A stretch of DNA of 64,000 nt from an uncultured Chthonomonadaceae bacterium (GCA_963817895.1 CAWFQB010000003.1:416001-480000); one strand, 5' to 3'. Counted from the stretch's first letter, positions 21,715 through 32,846 are shown. Notes: generated by a model not told the origin, from the letters alone. Program-made: numbers and translations.

Positions 21715-21879
21715 TATTAGTAGCATCGGCTTTAATTGCTAAACTCGGTTCCGAAACTGAAAGTACCCGTTTGTGTAGACTGCGATCAAAGTCCTGGCGA
21801 ACGCAAAAAGCTATTCTTTAGCTGTTTAACATCACGTTAATAGCTAATTGCTCTTTCAATTTTATACACAGCAACTACC

Positions 21880-22164
21880 ATGTACCTCATAATTGACACA
21901 ATTTGGATTAGCGAAGAAACATACAAACGGCACTCAGGCCAAGTTCCTTTTCTTGCGCCGGGGTTGTGGGTAGTGATTGATCCGGAGCAACAAATTAGCA
22001 CTTTGCCAGCTTGTACCCATGAGGTACTTGTCGTTGAGCCAAGCGGAACTTCAATCATTATGAGGGTAGACAAAGTAGAAGTTCATCATGGAGTTACCGC
22101 TTGCCATATACAAGATGCACAGCCGACAGATATACGCAAAGGGTCACATATCTACTGGCGCTAA
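21880..22164 (+). CDS. Hypothetical protein, candidate Rhs immunity
   Basis: 94-aa low-GC ORF directly downstream of the Rhs tip. Confidence 0.45.
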   Translation: MYLIIDTIWISEETYKRHSGQVPFLAPGLWVVIDPEQQISTLPACTHEVLVVEPSGTSIIMRVDKVEVHHGVTACHIQDAQPTDIRKGSHIYWR

Positions 22165-22190
22165 CCGTGCATAATTCGTACTCTGGTGAC

Positions 22191-22592
22191 ATGAAACAAG
22201 GAGCTCATTTAACCAAGCGTCAGATTTTATGTAGAATCAAAAAGAACAGTATCTTTGCACTTTTTAGAAATAAGGCAGCAAAATACTATTGCTTGATCGC
22301 TTGCTGTGTCTCAAATGTAAAAAAGTGCAAAGATACTGTAGGCATCTATGGAAGGACTACTGTTGAAAACCCGGTGAATGATGCGTTGGAAGCAACCGAA
22401 CTTGGCGAAGTTTATGCTGGTGGCAGCGGGGAACGTGGTACGGATATAGCCATTGATATTTTCGACGGGCGCAAACTTGAGCAAGCCTTAACGCTTATCT
22501 GCAAGGTGCTGCGTGAAGTCGGCGCTCCCGCAACAACGCAAATCATCCGAACCCGGCCCACGCGAAATGTTTACCCGTTGGATGAGCCGTAG
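22191..22592 (+). CDS. Hypothetical protein, candidate orphan immunity protein (start uncertain, possibly truncated)
   Basis: ENPVNDALEATELGEVYAGGSG...DIAIDI...LREVGAP resembles small proteins I recall from polymorphic-toxin loci. Confidence 0.45.
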   Translation: MKQGAHLTKRQILCRIKKNSIFALFRNKAAKYYCLIACCVSNVKKCKDTVGIYGRTTVENPVNDALEATELGEVYAGGSGERGTDIAIDIFDGRKLEQALTLICKVLREVGAPATTQIIRTRPTRNVYPLDEP

Positions 22593-22684
22593 TAGTGTCG
22601 TCACCGAGCATAGTGGCGCGAAAGCAGGTATTTCGTTCAGGCCGTGACCCTTGTTACTGCTGTTTACCAAAGGAGATATGCGCG

Positions 22685-23860
22685 ATGAAGACATGGATAC
22701 GAAAATGCCCGCTGCCGCTGCGGTGGGCGGGCGGAGTGGCGATTTTGGGCGCGGTGGTGGCGTACCAGCCCGCCATCAGCCAGTCTACCGGGTTTGCGTT
22801 GCCCTATGCGGGGGATGCCACGTCCGCCAATGCTCCGGTCGTTGCCTTCACCAACGACGCCACAACCGGTTCGGGCAGTGATGGCGTTTTCGCGTTTACC
22901 AACAGCGCCGATCCGCTCAGTGTGGGATTGTACGGTTCCAGTTTGGGCGGTTCGGGCGTGTACGGCTATGCCAATGCGGGGCCGTCTGCGACCGGCGTGT
23001 ACGGGTTCGGGGACGGCAACAGCGGCTATGGCGTCTACGGGCAGGCGTCCACCGGCAGCGGCGTGTACGGCACTGCCAATGGGAGTGGCGCGGGCGTGTA
23101 TGGAGCCAATACCGCCGGCGGCGCAGCCGTCATCGGCGTGGGAAATTCCGCCAACAGCCCCACCGGCTACTTCTACAACAACGCGTATGTCAATGCTGTC
23201 GGCGTACAGGGGCAGTGCAACGCGGGAATGGGAGTGACCGGCTATGGGCGCGTAGGCGTGTACGGAGTGGCGGCGGTCGGCAGCGGCTTCGGCGGGTACT
23301 TTCAGGGCAATGTGCAGGTGATCGGCACTCTCAGCGCAGGCTCCAAGAACTTCAAGATTGACCATCCGCTCGATCCCGCCCACAAGTACCTCACGCATAG
23401 CTGCATCGAAAGCAGCGAACAACTCAACCTGTATACGGGCGACACAATCCTCGACAGCGACGGACGGGCGACCGTGCAGATGCCCGACTGGTTCGAGGCG
23501 GAAAACACCCGCTTCCACTACCAGCTGACCGCCATCGGCGAAGCGGCTCCGGCTCTGTTTGTGGCGCAGAAGATGCGGGGCAACCGGTTCGAGATCGCGG
23601 GCGGCAAGGCGGGCATGGAGGTGTCGTGGCAGGTGACGGGAACGCGGCAGGATGCGTATGCCCGCGCTCATCCGCTTGTCGTGGAGTCGGAGAAGACGGG
23701 CGCGGAGCAGGGCAAATACCTGTACCCGGCAGAAAACGGGCGTCCCGCCAGTGAAGGCATCGGCGGGCCGTCGGCGGCTCACGGCCCGCAAATGGCGGGA
23801 ACGCCGCAACCTGTGAAAATCGCGCCACGAAAAGCCAGGGTTCACCACCCGCTGCGCTAG
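22685..23860 (+). CDS. Secreted Gly-rich repeat (GVYG) fibre-like protein with KNFKIDHPLDP C-terminal domain
   Basis: RBS AAGGAG; signal-like N-terminus; about 10 GVYG/GVxG repeats; GSKNFKIDHPLDPAHKYLTHSCIES domain. Confidence 0.7.
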   Translation: MKTWIRKCPLPLRWAGGVAILGAVVAYQPAISQSTGFALPYAGDATSANAPVVAFTNDATTGSGSDGVFAFTNSADPLSVGLYGSSLGGSGVYGYANAGPSATGVYGFGDGNSGYGVYGQASTGSGVYGTANGSGAGVYGANTAGGAAVIGVGNSANSPTGYFYNNAYVNAVGVQGQCNAGMGVTGYGRVGVYGVAAVGSGFGGYFQGNVQVIGTLSAGSKNFKIDHPLDPAHKYLTHSCIESSEQLNLYTGDTILDSDGRATVQMPDWFEAENTRFHYQLTAIGEAAPALFVAQKMRGNRFEIAGGKAGMEVSWQVTGTRQDAYARAHPLVVESEKTGAEQGKYLYPAENGRPASEGIGGPSAAHGPQMAGTPQPVKIAPRKARVHHPLR

Positions 23861-24015
23861 AAATGCAGAGACACCGGGGGTTCACAGAGAAAAGAAGAGA
23901 AGAGTTACAGCAGCCGACTGAACATGCGTCACAATCAGTTGTCGCCCGAACAGTCTAAACCTCCCGCGCTTTTGCGCCGACAATACAAACGTCACGGAGG
24001 AACAGACACACGCAA

Positions 24016-24871
24016 ATGGAACTCAAGCATATCGAAACCAAACTGGCTCGCGCCTCAACGCTGCCAATCCTGCCCAATCTGGTGATGCAAATTCTCGCCC
24101 TTACCGACGATATGAATGCCTCGGCGCGGGATTACGAGCGGCTGATTATGCAGGACGCCGCGCTCACCGCCAAAATTCTGCGTACCGCCAACTCGTCCTA
24201 TTTCGGCGGCAACGGGCAGATCGCCAACTCTGCGGCGCGCGCTCACGCAGGTCGGCAACAATACCCTGCGCTCCATGTGCCTGACCGTTTCCCTGCAATC
24301 CGCGCTCAGTTCCAAAACCCTGAACAAAGCCTTCAATCCCAAACAATTTTGGCTGCACAGCATGGCCGTCGCCTGCGCCGCCAAAATTCTGGCGTGTCTT
24401 GCCCGCGACGCCCGCGCCGAAGAAGCGTTCGTTGCCGGGCTGGTGCATGACATCGGCAAACTGGCTCTGTGCATGTTCCTGCCCCTCGAAGCCACGCATG
24501 TTTACCAGTTGATGCACACCTATAAAATTACCCAGATTCGAGGCGGAACTGCAATTTTTGGGCGTCGCGCATCAGGACATCGGGCACATGGCCGCGCAGC
24601 GCTGGCAACTGCCGAACGTATACCTGATGCCCATTGCCAAACACCACAACCCGGCGGAAGATGGTGACGAAATGGACATGCTGACGGCGTACGTTCATGT
24701 TGCCAACAGCATCGCGCACCAGATCGGGCTGGGCTTCGAGCCGAACAGAACCAACCATTGCCCCAATCCCGCCATTGTCGCCCTGCTGAATATCTCCGAG
24801 GAGCAGTACGATCCCATCCGCTCCGCCGTCGCCAGGAAGTCGCCAAAATGGGCAGCCAGATGGGAATGTGA
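24016..24871 (+). CDS. HDOD domain protein (frameshifted)
   Basis: LPILP, QDAALTAKILRTANSSYF, FWLHS, AGLVHDIGK, IAKHH. Confidence 0.88.
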
Positions 24872-24878
24872 GAGAAGA

Positions 24879-24969
24879 AAACCACGGAGAACACGAAGGG
24901 CACAGAGGGAGAGAGATCGAGTTATTTTCTCATTTCTCCACTTATTTCCCTCCGTGTTCTCCGTGGTTT
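24879..24969. repeat. Empty palindromic element with 9-mer-periodic arms between convergent genes
   Basis: Perfect 17-bp IR AAACCACGGAGAACACG (24879-24895) / CGTGTTCTCCGTGGTTT (24953-24969). Confidence 0.75.
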
Positions 24970-24971
24970 AT

Positions 24972-26993
24972 CTATACAGTTTGCATGGGTGTAGCGTGCT
25001 CAAGGAGCAGGGCGGCGTGTTCGGCTAGTTCGGTGAGCAGGCGGAGGGGGTGGGGCGTGAAGGCGTGGGGTTGGGCGTGGCTGATGTTCAGGACACCGAG
25101 GATGGCGTTGTCCACGCGCAGGGGCAGGGCCAGGAACGAGCGCGCCGCGAGTGGAAGCGTTTCCATGGTGACATTGAGACTGAGCAGATTCGGTTCCTGC
25201 GTCACATCGGGAATGTGAAGCGGACGGCCACACGAGGCGACCCACCCGGAAACGCCGTGTCCCCGCTCAAACCGGATATGGTCGAGCAGATTGATCGCCT
25301 GCCCCCGCGTGGCTTTCGCTTCCAGACGCTGCCCCCGCTCATCCAGCAGAAACAGCGTACAGTTTTCACAGGCCGCTAATTCCATCGCCAGTTCCACCAG
25401 ATACGCCGCGGTCTGTTCCACGCTCCTGTTTTCCCTGTCGGTGTTGCCTGCCGTCTGCGCCATGCGCTGTAATTCTTGCAGCAGCGTTACTTCGCGTACT
25501 TGTCGGCGCGCTTCGGCCCGTTCACAAATGCTGCTGATGGCAGACGTCAGGGCGCGGCACAGGGACGACACCTTTTCCAGTTCACTGCTCAGAAACCGCT
25601 CCCTGCCGCGCGGGTCACAAACGCCGACCGCGCCCATAATTTTGCCCGTCGGTTCCTCGGACGTGGGGCGCGTTCGCAGCAGCGTCACGCCGACAAGTCC
25701 GGGGTTAGGAGTACGGGACGCTGTGCCGCATGGAAGCGGGACGAAACGGCAGCACAGGACGGGGCCAACAGCAGATCGAAATCGCTTTCACCCGCCAGCA
25801 TATCACCCGTCGCAGGAAAAGGTTTAAACATGCATTCTGCGGGATTAATGTCTTGGAATTGCCTGCTGCGCGACAATGGCGTAAGTGGCAGATTCATCGT
25901 TTTCCTCTTGTTGCCGCGTCGTCGCGAAGTTCGCGCCGAACAGCGTGTCCAGCCGACTGCGCGGGGAAAGCGCGGCAGGAGCGGCGTTCAGCAGCGCGGC
26001 CTCGCAATGGGCGCGAATGGCATCCGGCGTCAGCGCGTTGACATTGAGAAGCGCGTCCTGCCCCACCGCACCGGCAATCCGGCCCTCCGCCACCTGTACG
26101 GTCAAGCGTATTGCCGTCCCGTCCGCGCAGCCACAAAACGCCCCCCTCCGCGCCCGTCAGCTTCATCACCAATTGCAGGACGCGGGCAAGGGCGCTTCTG
26201 CCACTCGCGTCATCGGCAAGGCTTGCCCCGCCCAGTTCGCACAACTGCTCGATGATCTGCGTTCGCGCCATCTGCGCCTTCTGGTCGCGATTCAGGGTAA
26301 TCACCGCGCGATATTTGTCTTTGATGCTCCTCATGCGCCTTCTGCGCGGTTTCCAGTTGCGCCAGCAGTTCGGCCACATCGGGCGGGCGCATCAGGCCGG
26401 CATTGCGACTGCGGGGATTGTCTTCCGTTTCCCGCGCCTGCGCCATTTTCACGGTCAGCATCGCCGCCAACAGCGTTCCCATTGCCAGCCCGTACAAAAT
26501 GGCGGAAGCGGGCGTGACTCCACTCCGAAAATGGACCAGATTCAGCGCGGCGGCAGCGCAGGCGACATGAATCGCCGCCCGCCGTCCCGGACAGCGCGAA
26601 CGCTTCCAGCACCACCACAAACAACAGCGGCGCAAACGGACTCCCCACCCCGCCACTGACGCCAATCAGAATTGTCGTCACCAGCAGGTCAAGACCGATA
26701 TGCACAAAGGATGAAGGATGAAGGATGAGTGGATGAGTTGTGTTCTTCTTGTATCTCGTATCCTCGTATCTTGTATCTCCTCTGTCTCCTCTTCTCCTCT
26801 TCTCCTTTTCTCCTCTATCTCCCTGTCTTCCTCCCACAAGGGGCCAGAGCAGCGTGAACAACGCGCCGAAGGCGGCGGTCTGCCAGGCGAGCGGCCAGAG
26901 GGCGCGGAAACAGCCGAAGGTGAGCAGGCTTGCCGTTGTCCAGACTATCAGACGAATTTGCGTAATACGTTTTTCCATGATGCTGTCCTGCAT
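24972..26993 (-). CDS. Membrane-anchored protein with two GAF domains and no obvious output domain (frameshifted)
   Basis: N-terminal TMs with GVSGGVGSPF; GAF motifs GHGVSGWVA...RSFLALPL...LGVLNI at the C-terminus. Confidence 0.7.
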
Positions 26994-27216
26994 GATTCCG
27001 GGGTTCCTTATATTGATTGCTGCCCCTCACCAGGCTTTCTTGGAGAAGGGGTTGGGGGTTGAGGGCTATTGATTCTTTCGGTAGTTTTCACAGGAATTTG
27101 CAGAAAAAGCAGGAGGGAACCGCAATAATGGCGAAACAACGCGCAAAGGAAGACTTGCACTCTCACTCTCCACTCTCACTTGCCATTCGGCCTACGCGCC
27201 GGAAAGGAATTTACTC

Positions 27217-28675
27217 ATGGACAGGATTACGCGCCGACGCTTCCTGGAACAATCCTTGCTCGCCACTGCAGCGGGAACAGGCATCGCGCTTTTCGGGGAA
27301 ACCGGGGCCAACGCGCTCGGACGGCACAGCCGCCCGCTCGGAGCCAATGACCGCATCCGCATCGCCGTTATCGGGCTGAATGGCCGGGGCATGAACCATC
27401 TGGACGCTTATCTGGGCCGCAACGACGTGGATGTTGTCGCGCTGTGCGACCCGGATACCAAAGTTCTGGACAAAGCGCAGGCGGAGTGCGAAAAGAAAAA
27501 CAAGCCCAAACCGGAAGCGGTTCGGGACATTCGCAAACTGCTGGAAATGAAGGATTTGGACGCGGTTTCCATCGCCACGCCCAACCACTGGCATACCCTT
27601 GCCGCATTGTGGGCATTGCAGGCGGGCAAGGACGTGTACGTGGAAAAGCCCGTCAGCCACAACGTTACGGAGGGGCGGCGACTGGTGCAGGCGGCGGCAA
27701 AGTATAACCGCATCTGTCAGGCGGGAACGCAGTCGCGCTCGCACAAAGCCATGCAGGAGGCGATGGCCTACATTCACGGCGGCAAAATCGGCAAAGTGAC
27801 GCTGTCCCGCGCCCTGTGCTACAAGCGGCGCGAAAGCATCGGCAAGGTGGACGGCCCGCAGCCCGTTCCCGCGAACATAGATTATGACCTGTGGCTCGGC
27901 CCCGCGCCCGAAAAACCGCTCATGCGCAAACACCTGCACTACGACTGGCACTGGCAGTGGGATTACGGCAACGGCGATCTGGGCAATCAGGGCATACACC
28001 AGATGGACATTGCGCGGTGGGCGTTGAACCAACCCGGCCTGCCCCAATCCGTCATGTCGGTCGGCGGGCGATTCGGCTACGTGGACGACGGCCAGACCGC
28101 GAATACGCAGATCGCGCTTTACGATTACGGCGACGCGCATCTGATTTTCGAGGTGCGCGGCCTGAAAACCGAGCGGTACATGGGCACGAAAGTCGGCAAC
28201 ATCATTTACGGCACGGACGGCTACGTCGTCATTTCCGACAACTACGGGAAGGCGACTGCGTTCGACAAAGCCGACAAGCCCGTGCAGGAGTTCAGCGGCG
28301 GGGGCGACCACTTCGGCAACTTCCTGTCCGCCGTCCGCAGCCGCAAAACAGCGGAACAGAACGCGCCAATTCTGGAAGGACACGTTTCCAGCGCCCTGTG
28401 TCACCTGGGCAATATCTCGTACCGGCTTGGGCGGCGAACAGCCATTCAGCAAGCAATCCCAATCCTTCGGCGACGACAAAGCGGGCGTGGAAACCTTCGA
28501 GCGCATGACCGCGCATCTCAAAGACAACGGCATCGTGCTGGAAGAAACCAAATACCACGTCGGCCCGACCCTGAAACTGGATGTGGAAAAGGAGCGCTTC
28601 CACGGCAACAAAGAGGCCAACGCGATGCTGACGCGGGAATATCGCAAGGGCTTTGTCGTGCCGGAAAAAGTGTAG
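27217..28675 (+). CDS. Tat-exported Gfo/Idh/MocA oxidoreductase (frameshift near 28430)
   Basis: TRRRFL Tat motif, IAVIGLNGRG, ATPNHWH, VYVEKP, GNQGIHQMD. Confidence 0.92.
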
Positions 28676-29243
28676 GAGGAGAGATTTCACCACCAAGACT
28701 CCAGGAACACCAAGGAAGACAAGGAAAGACAAAGAGGAAACAAGGAGCAGAGAAGGATGGGAGATAGTGGGGAGAAACAGGAAGATTTTGTGCCGGTGTC
28801 AGCGGAAGTGGATGCTGTTGCGAGGCGGGTTGTTGACGCTTGTTTCTCTGTCCACTCCGCGCTTGGTCCGGGTTTGCTGGAAAGCGTTTACGAAGCCTGC
28901 CTTGAACATGAGTTGCAGAAAAGGGGCATAAAGGTTCAGCGGCAGGTCAAGTTTCCTGTCCTGTATCGAGGCATGCATATTGATGCAGGCTTGCAGATTG
29001 ACTTGCTCGTTGAAGACTGCATCGTGGTGGAACTTAAAGCCGTCGAGGGCATCCTGCCGGTTCACAAAGCGCAACTGATGACCTATCTGAAACTGACAGG
29101 TCATCGGTTAGGCTTCCTGATCAACTTCAACGTTCCCTTGATCCGTCAGGGCATCAACCGCTTCGTAAAGTAGCCTTCTCTTTTCTTTGAATTTCCTTGT
29201 CTTTCTTGGTGTTCTTGGAGGCTTGGTGGTGAAATTTTCCTCC
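28675..29243. mobile_element. GxxExxY gene cassette enclosed by about 44-53-bp inverted repeats
   Basis: Arms 28684-28727 and 29192-29235 match at 41/44; pairing extends to GGAGGA/TCCTCC. Confidence 0.65.
28757..29173 (+). CDS. GxxExxY protein (PD-(D/E)xK nuclease-like)
   Basis: LGPGLLESVYEACL, IDLLVED, VVELKAVE, QLMTYLK, GFLINFN. Confidence 0.95.
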   Translation: MGDSGEKQEDFVPVSAEVDAVARRVVDACFSVHSALGPGLLESVYEACLEHELQKRGIKVQRQVKFPVLYRGMHIDAGLQIDLLVEDCIVVELKAVEGILPVHKAQLMTYLKLTGHRLGFLINFNVPLIRQGINRFVK

Positions 29244-31537
29244 GTTTGCCTGCTGGTTTGGACAATGTTCTGTTACTGCCGATTGGGTCGCGCTGTCAAA
29301 CTGCCACGAAACAGCCTGCCCCTATATGGGGCAATGTGATTGCGCCCCAACTGTTTGACCGGCAGCCGTTTCATGAAATCGCGGTTCCCGACTGGCTTCA
29401 GGAATTTACGGGCCTGACGTACTGCTTTTCCGTGATGGATGCGGCAGGGCGGGATAAGGCGACACTCGCGGGCAGCCGCATGAGCGAAATGGGCTTTGTC
29501 AATCCGTTCGCCGTCAATTATTCCAGCGCGTTTCTCAGCAAGCATGACGCCAATCTGCCCCCGGACTACATTGACAAGGAGATTGCCGATTACAAAAAGC
29601 GGCACGTTCGTATTCTGGCGGTTGTGCCGCCCGGTTTGCAGGGCGAGATTTATGAAAAGCATCCCGAATGGCGGCGGATTCCGACCAATACGAACGTGAT
29701 TCCGCAACGTGGATATGAAAGCCAATCCTGTAGGCGGCGGGTTGTGCCTGCTTGGGCCGTGGGGAGATCGGTTTGTGGATATTCTGGCGGAAATTCTCAC
29801 GCGCTACCCGGATGTGGACGCTTTCAGTTTCGACGGCCTGCACGATTCCGGCTATTGCTACTGCCAATCCTGCCGCGACAACTACCGCAAAGATACCGGG
29901 CAGGAAATCCCCGCCGTTGATATGAACGACCTGGCGTTCCGGCGCTATCTGCTGTGGGAAGACCGCCGATTGGAAAGCCTTATCGAGCGGATGCAGACGC
30001 GCTTGAAAGGCCATCAAGCCGAGTGTCGCGCTCGTGACATGGACGACGAATGCGGGACGGTTCGGGCATTTTACGGATATTCCGCGTAACATGTCTGCCC
30101 GCATGAACCTGCTTTTCGACGCGCCCGATCAGGAATACTGGATGGACGAGTCGAACCGGGGCAACACGATTGTACCCGCCTTCGCCAACGCCGTTATTTA
30201 TGCGTACAGCAATCACCGCGTCGCGTTCAGTTCCCCCTATCTGTTTTCACACGGCAACCCCTATGGCCCCGACAGTTTCCCGCCCGAAGAGGTATTGCAT
30301 CGCGTTCTGCTGGCGGTCACGTATGGCGCGCGTCCGAGTATGCCCCTCGCGCAACCCAGGCCGCTGCAAGAAGCCGTATTGCAAAGCGTCCGCGAAGTCG
30401 CAAGACGCGCGCCCTGGCTGATCGCATGTCCAGCCGGAACCCTGGGCCGCGCTTGTGATGAGCGATGCCACGCGGGTATTTTACGGGCGCGATGCCGGGC
30501 AGAGTGGAGGAGCGCTACCTTGCCAACGTGTTGGGAATGTTCCGCGCGTCCGTCGAGGAGCATCTGCCCGTTACCGTGATTGCCGACTGGAACCTGAACC
30601 CGACCGATTTGGCCCGCTACAAAGTCCTGATACTGCCCAATACAGCCTGCCTGAGCGACAATCAGGCCAGAGTGGTTGCCGATTGGGTGCGGCAGGGCGG
30701 CGGTTTGGTCGCTACTGTGGACACCTCGCTGTGCGATGAAATGGGCGAACCGCGCAAAGATTTCGCGCTTGCGGACGTATTCGGCGTTCATTACAAGGGA
30801 ATACCGACTGGCGAAGGCGGCAAAACGGACGCGCTGGACGCGAATTTCGTCAAAGGGCTGGACGCGAGTTACTGGGAGAAGCGGAAGAACATCTACGATT
30901 TTCAGATGGGAAAGCATCCCGATGCTTGCCGATCCCCGTTTGAAGGCGTATCTCGGCGATGGTTCCGTCGTGTTCAAAGGGCAGGCGGTGGCGGTGGGAG
31001 ATGTTGGAGCGGATACGGACGTGGCAGGATTGTTCGGGGTGCGGGACAAAGCCGCGAACGCTTCCCGGCGATTGTGGCGCGAACGTATGGCAAGGGGCGC
31101 GTCGCGTATATGGCGGCGGGCTTCGATGCCGCGTACTATCTGTATTCCTACCCGTATCAGCGGCTTTTAATGGCGGACGCGATCCGGTGGGCGGCGCAGA
31201 CGCCGTTCGGCATCCACATTGACGCGCCGATGTGCGTTCACGCCACGTATTTCCGCAAACAGACGAAGAACACGCCGGGTGAGCGGCTGATCGTCCACCT
31301 GTACAACGACCTGAACAGCACAGGCCACCACGCGCGCCCCGAAGACGACATTCCCCTGCGCGAAGAAACCATCCCCATTCACGACATCCGGGTACGCTTC
31401 ACCGGCCATAAGATCACGCGCGTTCACCTGGAACCCGAAGGCCGCGCCCTGCCCCTCCGCCGCATAAAAACAGCGTAGAAGTCACCGTTCCCGTTCTTGC
31501 TATCCACAGCATGGTGGTTGCAGAACTGGACAAATAG
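29229..31537 (+). CDS. Putative glycoside hydrolase with a beta-galactosidase (GH42) trimerisation/GATase-like domain (multiple frameshifts; start uncertain)
   Basis: KHPEW, YPDVDAFSFDG, CYCQSC, YKVLILPNTACLSD, VRQGGGLVAT, YGKGRVAY; end IHSMVVAELDK*. Confidence 0.7.
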
Positions 31538-31559
31538 CTTGTCAAACAGGAGGTTCTCG

Positions 31560-32729
31560 ATGATAAAAAGTCGCCGCAGTATTCTGGCCTTGATTTGCGC
31601 GGGTCTTTTCCCGGCGATTGTTCTCCCCACAAGGGCTTCTGCTGATGAGCAGGGAGAGACTCTGCGCGCCCGCGTGATCGCCTTCGCCCGCGCCGCCCAA
31701 AGTTTCACCGCCGATATGACAACAAGCACCGGAAAAGAGATTGCTTCAACGGCAACCCTCAAAGTGAAGAAGCCGAATTTTATGCGCGTGGAAACAGATT
31801 ACGCGGGCGGCAGGATGCGCCAGACTGAGGTGGAGGATGGCAAAATAGATTGGAACTTATTCGTTCTTCCCGCCGCCACACGGACGCCCGGGCTGACCCA
31901 ATCTCCTCTCGACAAAGATTACCGCGTCTATTTTCCCGGCGAAGGCTGGCCCGGATGGGCCGAACCCGCCTTCGAGGACGCTCTCAATATGTCCGGGCTT
32001 CCGGCCCGCTACATCGGCATGCAGGTCGTCGAAGACACGCCTTGCGAGGTCATTGAATTAATCGGACACAAGCAGACGATTCGCTGGTACATCGGCCCCG
32101 ACAGCCAACTGCGGCGTATCGAGGAAACCCGGCAGCAGTATCTCTACCCAATGTCCACCGCGCCTGTCACCACGCGCATCTTTTCGCATTTTCGGTGGAA
32201 CCCTGCTCTGCCCGACAGCGAATTCGTGTTTCATCCGCCCGCCAAAACCGAACCGGGAATAAATAACAAAGCTCGCGCGGTTCCGCTCGGCTGGCAGGTT
32301 CCTCCATTTGTCCTTCCGCAATGGCATGGCAAGCCTGTCAGTATGGCCGACGCGCTGAAAGGCAAGAGGGCGCTGTTTTTATTCTTTTCCGCCGGTTGAA
32401 TCTGCTGCACGGAGGAGTTGCCTCACGTTCAACAGTTCGCGGATCGGCTAAAAACGCAAGGTGTCGCTGTCCTCATAGTTACCCCTCCGAACGGAGTGGG
32501 AACCGCGAGAACCTGCATGACAGCCCACAACGTAACATTGCCCCTGCTTATCAGCGATGATCGCGCATCGGAGCGCTTCAAAGTCGTGTCTTCACCGGGG
32601 GCTTATCTTTTGGACGCTAAAGGAAGGGTTGTCTGGACGGATGTGAATCGAACCAATACCCTGTCTACAGCCTTATCTCGTCTGGGAATAGCTATCCCGC
32701 CGCCTGCTGTTAAGAGCCTGTCCCCATAG
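31560..32729 (+). CDS. Secreted LolA-like (DUF2092-type) domain fused to a TlpA/AhpC-type thioredoxin domain; in-frame TGA at 32397 (candidate selenocysteine)
   Basis: Signal peptide; KKPNFMRVE and WNPALPDSEFVFHPP (LolA-like); PPFVLP...LFFSAG-TGA-ICCTEELPHVQQ...PGAYLLDAKGRVV all in one frame. Confidence 0.75.
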
Positions 32730-32846
32730 ACAGGGATTGAAAACACCCGGCCTGTGAGGATAAGCTCTAAACAACCTTTTCCATCTTCTCGGTCGTTTTA
32801 TTTCTGAGAGCGCGACAGTCTGGCAAGCATCCTTATATTGTTCACG

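Noticed and set aside
22685..23860. Prophage
   Set aside because: No terminase, capsid, portal or integrase genes nearby, and the fibre-like protein has a signal peptide.
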